This document shows positions 1 through 8,021 of a DNA stretch of 64,000 nt, in pieces (position 1 is the first letter of the stretch; every line of letters starts with the position of its first letter). A program made the translations under genes and the position numbers. The stretch is from a virus (taxonomy: Duplodnaviria > Caudoviricetes): IMG/VR virus record IMGVR_UViG_3300025809_001850. One strand, written 5' to 3'. The notes beneath the pieces were generated by a model. That model did not search any database. It was not told the origin of the DNA and saw only the letters and a program-made list of their open reading frames with translations.

Positions 1-41
1 AATGGAAACCATTTCTTTTTAAAAATTCTTCTTTTTAATTG

Positions 42-70
42 TTGACATTTCTTATAAAAACAAGTATAGT
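42..70 (+). promoter_or_regulatory. sigma70-type promoter upstream of tRNA cluster
   Basis: TTGACA (42-47), 17 bp, TATAGT (65-70). Confidence 0.75.
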
Positions 71-170
71 AAAATCATAGTTAAAACTTCCTGTGTAGTT
101 AACATAGGCACAACGTCCAATTAGGGGTGTCCAAACCATTTTAATGAGAGGGGCAAATGTTTTATTTCAC

Positions 171-246
171 GCATCGGTGGCTCGAATGGCTAGGCAAGGG
201 ACTGCAAATCCCTATCATGCAGGTTCGAGTCCTGTCCGATGCTCCA
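171..246 (+). tRNA. trnC: tRNA-Cys(GCA)
   Basis: Acceptor GCATCGG/CCGATGC, anticodon arm AGGGA-CTGCAAA-TCCCT, T-loop GTTCGAGT, U73, encoded CCA. Confidence 0.96.
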
Positions 247-258
247 TATCAATTTTAT

Positions 259-334
259 GCCACTTTAGCTCAGATGGTAGAGCACCTCACTTGTAATGAG
301 GATGTCGTCAGTTCGATCCTGACAAGTGGCTCCA
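259..334 (+). tRNA. trnT: tRNA-Thr(TGT)
   Basis: Acceptor GCCACTT/AAGTGGC, anticodon arm CCTCA-CTTGTAA-TGAGG, GTTCGATC, encoded CCA. Confidence 0.96.
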
Positions 335-340
335 CCTTTT

Positions 341-417
341 CTCCTCATCGTCTAGCCAGGTTAGGACACATGGTTTTCATCCATGCAACCGGAGTTCGAA
401 TCTCCGTGAGGAGGCCA
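341..417 (+). tRNA. trnE: tRNA-Glu(TTC)
   Basis: Acceptor CTCCTCA/TGAGGAG, anticodon arm CATGG-TTTTCAT-CCATG, T arm CGGAG-TTCGAAT-CTCCG, encoded CCA. Confidence 0.94.
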
Positions 418-422
418 GTTTG

Positions 423-511
423 GGAGAGGTGACAGAGTGGTTTAATGTGCAACATTGGAAATGTTGTGTTGTGTAATGCAACCTCAGGTTCGAATTCTGT
501 CCTCTCCTCCA
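423..511 (+). tRNA. trnS: tRNA-Ser(GGA), long variable arm
   Basis: Acceptor GGAGAGG/CCTCTCC, anticodon arm CAACA-TTGGAAA-TGTTG, long variable arm, GTTCGAAT, encoded CCA. Confidence 0.93.
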
Positions 512-544
512 GTTTTTATCATATAGTTATATTTATATATTCAC

Positions 545-1276
545 ATGGAAATACCACAACTAAAAAAACTCATTCAAACTTGTATATCTGAACTTCTTTC
601 GGAAGAGGGTGGTTTTAAATATAATGTTGCAAGTTTGAGTCTAGATAAAGCACGAGATTATGCTGAATCTGAATTTACTAACGCAGGTAAAACGTTAAAT
701 GAAGTTATTCCCGAGTTTGATAAAAACTATATGAATCTTCAAAGGGCGTGTAAATCTGCATTAGATATTCCACGAATTGATATGCCCGTGATAGAACCAA
801 CCGATATGAAAATGTTTACCAAAAAACTTGCTCTTGGTCATATTGATATTTTCAAACCATATAAAGTAGATAACTTTATTTCAAGGTTTCCAAAGGCATT
901 AAATAAAAAGAACGGAAAGCAGTGGGTAAAACTTGGAATGCAAGATGGTGATCCAACGGATGATGTTATTAAAGGTAAATGGACAAAGTTTCCTGCAAAG
1001 AATCTCAAACCCACTCAAAGTCAGATTTGGTTGGAAAAACTAGTAGGTAATATTATTCAGTTTGGTGTACCAGAAGACGGATCACCACTCACCAAGGCAT
1101 CTGTTATTGCTTCGCAGGAAGGTTATATATTAGATGGTCACCACAGGTACGGACAAGCAATGCTTGCTAATCCACCATTAAAGCTGTCGGCACTTTATAT
1201 ACCATTAGATATCAAAACACTACTGGCAATGGGTAGATCATATGGCAATGCCATCGGCAATAAACAAAAAGGTTAA
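545..1276 (+). CDS. ParB/sulfiredoxin-like domain protein
   Basis: 243 aa; LKPTQSQIWLEK and YILDGHHRY match the ParB/Srx core. Confidence 0.7.
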   Translation: MEIPQLKKLIQTCISELLSEEGGFKYNVASLSLDKARDYAESEFTNAGKTLNEVIPEFDKNYMNLQRACKSALDIPRIDMPVIEPTDMKMFTKKLALGHIDIFKPYKVDNFISRFPKALNKKNGKQWVKLGMQDGDPTDDVIKGKWTKFPAKNLKPTQSQIWLEKLVGNIIQFGVPEDGSPLTKASVIASQEGYILDGHHRYGQAMLANPPLKLSALYIPLDIKTLLAMGRSYGNAIGNKQKG

Positions 1277-1290
1277 CTTAATAAACTTTA

Positions 1291-1366
1291 GGGGATGTAG
1301 CTCAGTTGGAAGAGCATCTGATTTGCATTCAGAAGGTCATCGGTTCGATCCCGTTCATCTCCACCA
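1291..1366 (+). tRNA. trnA: tRNA-Ala(TGC)
   Basis: Acceptor GGGGATG/CATCTCC with G3:U70 alanine determinant, anticodon arm TCTGA-TTTGCAT-TCAGA, A73, encoded CCA. Confidence 0.96.
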
Positions 1367-1384
1367 CTTTAGCAAAGAAATAAT

Positions 1385-1570
1385 ATGAAAGTAGAAATAG
1401 ATAAAGAAACCAACGAGGTAATTATTCGTTTACCAATAGAAAAAGAACCAAAGAGCTCTGCAAGTGGAAAAACAAAAATCATCGCATCGTCAAGTGGACG
1501 AAACGTTACAACCGAATCTTATGATGGTAAGCAACTGATGGTAACTGCAAGTGTTTATTATAAACCCTAA
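1385..1570 (+). CDS. small hypothetical protein
   Basis: 61 aa ORF with ATG filling the gap after tRNA-Ala; SSASGKTKIIASSSG segment. Confidence 0.7.
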   Translation: MKVEIDKETNEVIIRLPIEKEPKSSASGKTKIIASSSGRNVTTESYDGKQLMVTASVYYKP

Positions 1571-1602
1571 GTTTTTTTGTAAAAGATATATATTTATTGT
1601 TT

Positions 1603-2526
1603 ATGAAGTCCGAAAATATTATTTGTGAAGAGTGGAGAGGGTATAAACCCAATATGTCTGTCCAAGTCGTTGGTGTTAAAAATGGAAAAATTACGTCCAA
1701 TGGTGGTGGAGTTGAGGTGTTCAGAAATCTTAAAGATGCACAAACGGCATTTCCTGACATTGATCCCGGGGAAAACACAAAGAGGTTTACATGGGTAACC
1801 CGTGGTCAAGTTAAAGGAAAGGATGCAGGACGGTTTGAAACATGGCAAGCAGAAAGAATGTATTCAATGGAAGAAGAAGTTCTACACAAAGCAGTTGTTG
1901 AAACAAAATTTAATTCAAGAATTCTACCTGCTAATGTAGAAGACATTGAAATGAAAACTTTAATTGTTGCAATCGGAAGTGCAGTTGTTGGTTTATTGGA
2001 CAAAATTAAAAAGAACACCGGTTCAAATGCAAATCCTGTTAGTTTACAGATTATTAAAGGTGGTGATGCAATTAAGAATGCACTTAAAAGTCATCTTGAT
2101 TTAAAAGGAAAGGAGGCACTTGTGGCATTCTTCAAAGAAACAAACAAACACTTCGATGCGTCTGCTCCCGTTATATCAAGTATAGTAAGGAAATATAAAT
2201 TGAAATCAGATAAATATAGTGGTAAAGTATTTGCAGAACAAGAAACAAAATTACGTGAACTTGTTCGTGGTTATTTAAAAAATAAACTTAATGTAAACGA
2301 AGCAAAGAAAAGCAAAATGATTCCTATGGAAAAATATGGAGCTGCTTATATGGTAGACAACGGAACTCTTATGTCAGTTGCTATGTTGCGTGATGGTAGT
2401 TTTGAAACATTTGACGGAGATTTAGATTGGGGTGAAGTTACTGCTCCTGAAGATCAAAAGTTTCTTGATGATATCAACAAAAAATTTAAGACGAAGTTCA
2501 AACTAGATGACTTCGCAGGCAGATAA
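1603..2526 (+). CDS. hypothetical protein (possible virion cargo)
   Basis: Long ORF; ATG at 1603 lies 5 nt after an ATATTTAT motif (preferred over TTG 1597). Confidence 0.8.
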   Translation: MKSENIICEEWRGYKPNMSVQVVGVKNGKITSNGGGVEVFRNLKDAQTAFPDIDPGENTKRFTWVTRGQVKGKDAGRFETWQAERMYSMEEEVLHKAVVETKFNSRILPANVEDIEMKTLIVAIGSAVVGLLDKIKKNTGSNANPVSLQIIKGGDAIKNALKSHLDLKGKEALVAFFKETNKHFDASAPVISSIVRKYKLKSDKYSGKVFAEQETKLRELVRGYLKNKLNVNEAKKSKMIPMEKYGAAYMVDNGTLMSVAMLRDGSFETFDGDLDWGEVTAPEDQKFLDDINKKFKTKFKLDDFAGR

Positions 2527-2607
2527 ATGGAACTCTTAATCTGTGTTGGTGCTTCTGCTTTGGTAGTGTGCTTTCTTTACGGAACGATTTTGTTATTATC
2601 AAATTAA
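2527..2607 (+). CDS. 26-aa single-helix membrane peptide (not in ORF track)
   Basis: ATG directly after previous TAA; MELLICVGASALVVCFLYGTILLLSN is almost entirely hydrophobic. Confidence 0.5.
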   Translation: MELLICVGASALVVCFLYGTILLLSN

Positions 2608-2646
2608 TCCACACAAAATTCATTTATTATAATATTTATAGATGTT

Positions 2647-2973
2647 ATGAGTAATAAAGACGAATTTAAAGGAAAACCGTTTACGAAAGATAATCGTGAA
2701 CACGCATTAAAAGATATCACCCCGCTCAACATGGATGATAAAAGAACTGTATGTAATGTAATTCGTCTTATATACCAAAACGCAGATGATGAAGCATTTA
2801 ATTTAGGTGCTATCCGTGAACTTGCCTTGGAAGCAATGTGGATGGGTAAACGAATGAACAACAAGTTAACCGAACACCGAAGAGCAGAGTTGAAGACTGA
2901 ATATATAAAACAATCCGACAGTTATTTAAATTGTAACTATGATATGTATCCTGCCCAAGGAAATTGGGATTGA
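2647..2973 (+). CDS. hypothetical protein
   Basis: 108 aa ORF preceded by ATATTTAT (2632-2639). Confidence 0.75.
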   Translation: MSNKDEFKGKPFTKDNREHALKDITPLNMDDKRTVCNVIRLIYQNADDEAFNLGAIRELALEAMWMGKRMNNKLTEHRRAELKTEYIKQSDSYLNCNYDMYPAQGNWD

Positions 2974-3004
2974 TTTTCACGTCATCTAATATATATATAT
3001 TGGG

Positions 3005-4558
3005 ATGACTAAACTCAAGTGCATAAAAACATCATGCTCATATCCAGAAACGTGTGACTGGAATAATATGTGTATGCTAGAACAACTTGAAATAAGTAAT
3101 TCTGCAAGAGCAAACAAAACCTCAGTTGATACAATTGGGGTTCTTTTGTGTCATGGGTTTCTAAGCAAACATGAACAAATGGTCCCATTAAGCAATTATA
3201 TATACGAAACGCTTGGGTGGGAAACAAGTTTAGTGGAATTAACTGGACACGGATATGATCAAGAAAATATTGCAACTGCAACTTGGAACAACTGGGTTGA
3301 TGATGTAAAAGAAAAGTATTTAAATTTAAAACAAAGGTGCAATAAAGTTTATATGATTGGGTTTTCTTTGGGTGGTTGTATATCTGCATATGTTGCTAGT
3401 TTAAAAAGCATAAGACCTGAAGGATTAATTATTGTAAATGGTGTATTTGGTGTTAAGAACGTTTTCAACAAACTTCTTCCTGGTGTGATGGTATACAACA
3501 AAATATGCAATAAACTAAATTTACAAAAGATAATGTTAGAATCAATTACTAATGATAGTGAGGATCCTGATCTAAATCAACCTCTTGTTAATTTGTCGGC
3601 AACAAACGAACTACGTAAAATGTCTAAAATAGCAGGTACTATATTACAAGATGTGAAGTGTCCTACCTTTTTAATTCAAGAATACAATGATCCAACTGTA
3701 TTTTATGGAAGTGGAAAACGAGCATTTAAAAAACTTGGTGCTACTTTCAAACGATTTTATACAACCAAGTTAAATACTCATCTTACAATTCACGACAAAG
3801 GACTTGAGTGTAGTGTGTTTTGTAAGATATTGGAATTTCTAAAAGATGTAGAAAAAGATGATTTTGTTAATATTGCTCATCGTGGAGCAAGTGGTGATTT
3901 TACTGAAAATACATTGCAAGCATTTGAAGAAGCAATTGATCGTGGGTGTGATGCGATTGAATTTGATGTGCAAAGTATAGGAAATCGTTTTAGAATTTTT
4001 CACGACTGTAACTTTAATAGAATGTTTGGTGTTGATTTAAAAACCAACGAAGCATCTGAAGCAGATGTAAATAAACTAATATATCCTAATCTTGAGAAAC
4101 TTCCTACATTACAACAAACACTTGATTGTATAAATGGTCGTGTTGATGTTAATGTAGAAATCAAAAGCAATCAAGCAGCCTTAAATATTGCTAATATAGC
4201 AGAATCATATTTAGAAAAACCAGAGTGGAAAAACAAAAGCATTACTTTATCTTGTTTTAGTCTTGCTACTATAAACACTATACATAGATTTAAAAAGAAA
4301 ATAAAACTTTCATATTTGTTGTACGATCAGTATTGTAATTTAGAAGAAATCAAACGACTTAAAGATGATTACATTAAGTATAATATTCATTCTTTGAATC
4401 TTCCACTTGAAAGTATTTCCGAGAAAATTATCGAGTATTGCGTAAACAACAACATACGAATATATGTATATACCGTAAATGAAATCAAACAAATTCGGTA
4501 TTTACGAGAGTTGGGTGTTAATGGTGTATTTACCGACTTTCCCAAATTGATACGATAA
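3005..4558 (+). CDS. alpha/beta-hydrolase (carboxylesterase/lipase) fused to glycerophosphodiester phosphodiesterase (GDPD)
   Basis: N-half: LCHGF, LTGHG, nucleophile elbow GFSLGG; C-half: IAHRGASGDFTENTLQAF, IEFDVQ, NVEIK, YTVN...GVNGVFTDFP. Confidence 0.9.
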   Translation: MTKLKCIKTSCSYPETCDWNNMCMLEQLEISNSARANKTSVDTIGVLLCHGFLSKHEQMVPLSNYIYETLGWETSLVELTGHGYDQENIATATWNNWVDDVKEKYLNLKQRCNKVYMIGFSLGGCISAYVASLKSIRPEGLIIVNGVFGVKNVFNKLLPGVMVYNKICNKLNLQKIMLESITNDSEDPDLNQPLVNLSATNELRKMSKIAGTILQDVKCPTFLIQEYNDPTVFYGSGKRAFKKLGATFKRFYTTKLNTHLTIHDKGLECSVFCKILEFLKDVEKDDFVNIAHRGASGDFTENTLQAFEEAIDRGCDAIEFDVQSIGNRFRIFHDCNFNRMFGVDLKTNEASEADVNKLIYPNLEKLPTLQQTLDCINGRVDVNVEIKSNQAALNIANIAESYLEKPEWKNKSITLSCFSLATINTIHRFKKKIKLSYLLYDQYCNLEEIKRLKDDYIKYNIHSLNLPLESISEKIIEYCVNNNIRIYVYTVNEIKQIRYLRELGVNGVFTDFPKLIR

Positions 4559-4572
4559 AATTGTTTTAATAT

Positions 4573-4580
4573 ATATTTAT
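4573..4580 (+). promoter_or_regulatory. ATATTTAT upstream motif (representative copy; putative phage late promoter)
   Basis: Same 8-mer at 16 gene boundaries in sense orientation (see findings). Confidence 0.55.
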
Positions 4581-4585
4581 TCATC

Positions 4586-6142
4586 ATGGATGTTGTTGAA
4601 CATTATCTATCGGAGATTGATTTAACCGATGTTTCTTCTGAGTTAAGAACTTTGATGCGTGAAGCTGCCACTACAAATGCCTCGGATGCCGAAGTTGCTA
4701 TATGTGTTGCGTATAACATCAAACAAGGTAAGAAGGAAGCAGATGCTCTTAAATCGGCAGGTGTAGACAAAGCAACTTGGAAAAAGATTAAAGCAAACAA
4801 ATTAGTGTATAATGCAGGTAAAAAAGTTGCGAAAGGATTAAAGAACATCGGTGGTACTTTATTGTGGTCAGGAAAAACATCTGCATCTACATTTTACAAA
4901 AACGGAAAAAAAGAAGCATCAAAAGCAGACTTGGTTGGAAACAATCGGAATCGGTTGTCTGTAAAGCAAGCAAGTAGTTCTGCAAAAAGTGCTCAACTTG
5001 TAAGTGGAACTTCCGGTGAAGCAAGTGGAGTATTTGAATTTGCCGTTAAACATTTAGAAGCAAGTGGTGGAAAACTGACATCTGATTCTGAGATAAAAGA
5101 GTTGTTTGATATTTTTGAAAAAGAAATGTCAAAAGCAATTCGCACGGATATAAATGTAGAAGTTGGTAAAGGTAAAAAAGATTTTCGTGATTGGGTTATA
5201 TCCGACAGTGGTCGTTATGATGTTGTTAAGTCAAAAGCAAAACAAGCAACGGACGATGAAATTAAACGACACATTCGTGCAGAGTTGGCAGTTAATAATG
5301 CTATATCAAATGCAGATGCTCCTAAACTTCAAGGAGATTACATCAAAGGAGTTAAACCACTAACTGCAAAACAAATCAGCAAAATGCGTTCTGATTATAT
5401 TTCATCGGATATGAAAATCGGTGATGTTACAATTGCAAAGGATTATCTTGAAAAAGCAGATGTTCCTTCTGATTTATTAACCAAAGAAGCACTTAGAACT
5501 CAAATAATGGATTTGATTGATGTGGCATTAAAAGCAGATACTTGGAAAACTCGTATTCGTGAGATTATGCAAAACAACGCAGAACTTAAAAAGTGGATTG
5601 TGTATGAAGCTGCAAGTGGTCTTGGTAAGTTTACTGGTAAAGCATCTAAAGGAGGAAACTACTTTGGTGATAATACTGCGGTTGCTAACAAGATATTGGT
5701 ATTTGATTCTAACGGTGTAAAGAAAGTACACGATTTATTCAAGTGGTCACAAAGCAATGGTAATCTTTGTAATAATGTTGATATTAGTTTCAAAGGAAGT
5801 GGTCGCAGAAAATTCATTAAGTTTGGATTGGCTGCTGAGTCTATTAATAGCAACATAGAAAATATCATAACCGAGGAATACAATAAACTTGAAGATCAAT
5901 TGAAACTACTCAACGAAGGTAAAATTTGGGACACCATAAAAAGTGGATTTGATTCTGCGTCAACTTGGGTTAAAGCATCATATGATAAAATTGAAGTTTT
6001 ACTTTTGCAGTTTTATGAAAATGCTATAAAGAAGGTTCTTGATTACTTTTGGGAACTATTTCAAAAAGGATTAAGTCCCGTACTTGAAAAAATGGGATTT
6101 ATTATGGAGGGTGTTTGTTCGTTATCTGTTCCTGTTTGGTAA
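4586..6142 (+). CDS. hypothetical protein with PD-(D/E)xK-like motifs, paralog 1
   Basis: 518 aa; DAEVAI...KADLVG...LSVKQ...QLVSG...E pattern; amphipathic C-terminus; paralogous to 6172-7800. Confidence 0.6.
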   Translation: MDVVEHYLSEIDLTDVSSELRTLMREAATTNASDAEVAICVAYNIKQGKKEADALKSAGVDKATWKKIKANKLVYNAGKKVAKGLKNIGGTLLWSGKTSASTFYKNGKKEASKADLVGNNRNRLSVKQASSSAKSAQLVSGTSGEASGVFEFAVKHLEASGGKLTSDSEIKELFDIFEKEMSKAIRTDINVEVGKGKKDFRDWVISDSGRYDVVKSKAKQATDDEIKRHIRAELAVNNAISNADAPKLQGDYIKGVKPLTAKQISKMRSDYISSDMKIGDVTIAKDYLEKADVPSDLLTKEALRTQIMDLIDVALKADTWKTRIREIMQNNAELKKWIVYEAASGLGKFTGKASKGGNYFGDNTAVANKILVFDSNGVKKVHDLFKWSQSNGNLCNNVDISFKGSGRRKFIKFGLAAESINSNIENIITEEYNKLEDQLKLLNEGKIWDTIKSGFDSASTWVKASYDKIEVLLLQFYENAIKKVLDYFWELFQKGLSPVLEKMGFIMEGVCSLSVPVW

Positions 6143-6171
6143 TAAAATATCTTTGATATATATTTATTGTC

Positions 6172-7800
6172 GTGGATATTGTAGAACATTATTTGAATAA
6201 GTCTCTGATTACATCTATTGCGTATGAAGATGTTTTGTGTGAACTTGCTTTACACGATTTGTTTAAACGTGACAACAAGCAAAGGTTCATTGACAAAGTT
6301 GATAGCAACGAAGTTCTTGATGATAAAAATAATCCTCTTAAAATAAAAAGTGGTACTACTGCTTTGTGGAAAGATATGAAGAAGCAACTTTTATCTGCAA
6401 CAGACAAAGATGGAATTTCTGATTGGGGTGGTCGTGGTGAAACCAAGATAAAGCAACTATTTGGTGTTCCTATTAGTAAAATAGGTAAATCACAAAATGA
6501 TATGAGTGGTGGTGCGAGTAGTGGTAATCCAAGTGGAGAAGATTGGGAGGCAATGATTGCTATTGGTCTTGCTACTATTGAAAAGAAAGACCCATCAAAA
6601 GAAGTACCTGACGAATGGTCTAGGATAGAAAGAAAAGGTTTTTGGGATAGTGAATTTAATCGTGACATTGCAGAAAAGATTGCAAGTGCATTTAAGAAAA
6701 ACGGATATGCACCCATTTCACAAACTGGTAGTGGAAAGGGTGGTGCAGGGGTATCAAGTGAATGGGGAGAGATATTTAAAGAATACGGAAGTGGTAGTAT
6801 GAACAAAACTCCAAAGACTGATATCAAGGGTGGTTCAAAGAAAATTTCATTAAAGAAAGCAGGTGGTTCTCAAGCAATGAGTGCCAAGCAAGCAGAAGCA
6901 GCTTCTACATTCGGAGCAGCTGTTAGTATGTATGGCAAGAATTATCCGAGCAGTGTAAATAAAATCTTAGATTCATTTAAAAGTTCAATTCTTGATTTAT
7001 CTGAAAGTGGTTATCGTGGTAGTATATCTGCTCTTGAAAAAGACATCAAAGCAAGTGAGGGTGATCCAAAGAAAATGAAGAAACTTAAACCCGTGGTTGA
7101 TAATTTGAAGCAAGCAAGAGATGATGGTAAGTTTATTACATCGGAAATGAATCGTTTGTTTTTAAGTGATTCAAAATTTAAAGACTTGTTTGTATTTGAA
7201 GCAGCTACCGGTTCTGTTAAGTTTGGAGATTCATCGGAAAGTCGTGCTGATACTATGGTGGAAATTGATACTGATAGTGGTAAAATTACATCACAATACA
7301 AAATGAATTCTCCAAGTGATATTTCTTCGTTGGCAAGTCAATATAAATTTTATTTGTCATTCAAAACAAGTGGTAATAGCACTCCTTATATGGCACTCCG
7401 AGGAAATATGGAACAAGACCCAAAGAAGGTTACTGCGTGGATGAAGAAGCAGGTTGTAGAAAATAAAAACTTTTCAACGATATGTCCAACATTTTCTACT
7501 ATTATTCAAGAAGGTTTCAAACAAGACGAATTTGGAAAAAGATTATTAACTGAATCGAGTTATCAAAATCTCAATGAATGGCAATTACTTAAAAAAGTTC
7601 GTGACGGAATAACATCTGTTAGCAACAAAGTAAAAGACCGTTTTGTTAAAATATGGAATTGGATTTCCGAACGAGTTTCAATTGCATTTGATTGGTTAAA
7701 GAAACAAGGAGCAAAAGCACTTGTTTATCTTCAAAAGTTTTTTGGAGTGAAACTTGACAAGTGTGGAATAAACGGAAAAATAGAACTTTTCTCTGCGTAA
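6172..7800 (+). CDS. hypothetical protein with PD-(D/E)xK-like motifs, paralog 2
   Basis: 542 aa, GTG start; DWEAMI...TPKTDIK...ISLKK...QAMS...E pattern; shares FEAAxG..KF and SFKxSG with paralog 1. Confidence 0.6.
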   Translation: MDIVEHYLNKSLITSIAYEDVLCELALHDLFKRDNKQRFIDKVDSNEVLDDKNNPLKIKSGTTALWKDMKKQLLSATDKDGISDWGGRGETKIKQLFGVPISKIGKSQNDMSGGASSGNPSGEDWEAMIAIGLATIEKKDPSKEVPDEWSRIERKGFWDSEFNRDIAEKIASAFKKNGYAPISQTGSGKGGAGVSSEWGEIFKEYGSGSMNKTPKTDIKGGSKKISLKKAGGSQAMSAKQAEAASTFGAAVSMYGKNYPSSVNKILDSFKSSILDLSESGYRGSISALEKDIKASEGDPKKMKKLKPVVDNLKQARDDGKFITSEMNRLFLSDSKFKDLFVFEAATGSVKFGDSSESRADTMVEIDTDSGKITSQYKMNSPSDISSLASQYKFYLSFKTSGNSTPYMALRGNMEQDPKKVTAWMKKQVVENKNFSTICPTFSTIIQEGFKQDEFGKRLLTESSYQNLNEWQLLKKVRDGITSVSNKVKDRFVKIWNWISERVSIAFDWLKKQGAKALVYLQKFFGVKLDKCGINGKIELFSA

Positions 7801-7805
7801 GAATA

Positions 7806-7976
7806 TTAAGAAGTTTGAGTTTCTAATTGAACTCTGACATACGGTTCACTCGTTTCGTCTTCATCTATATCGGCAATGTTACAATTTACCAACTTTAAAG
7901 GTAATTTATCAACCGACCCGTCTACATCAAACGAACACAAGTCGTTTCCAAAGTAATCTTCTATTTTAATTTTCAT
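7806..7976 (-). CDS. 56-aa acidic protein (not in ORF track)
   Basis: ATG 7976 to TAA 7806: MKIKIEDYFGNDLCSFDVDGSVDKLPLKLVNCNIADIDEDETSEPYVRVQLETQTS; own promoter upstream. Confidence 0.65.
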   Translation of the reverse strand: MKIKIEDYFGNDLCSFDVDGSVDKLPLKLVNCNIADIDEDETSEPYVRVQLETQTS

Positions 7977-7982
7977 ATATAT

Positions 7983-8011
7983 AATATAATATTATTATTA
8001 TAATAAGTCAA
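7983..8011 (-). promoter_or_regulatory. sigma70-type promoter
   Basis: TTGACT, 17 bp, TATATT on minus strand; ATG 6 nt downstream. Confidence 0.6.
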
Positions 8012-8021
8012 GGTATTTATA

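Noticed and set aside
71-170. Leader between promoter and tRNA-Cys as an extra tRNA or ncRNA
   Set aside because: No cloverleaf, T-loop or convincing long stem found by eye.
157-432. 91-aa ORF in the ORF track
   Set aside because: It overlaps three well-formed tRNA genes; spurious.
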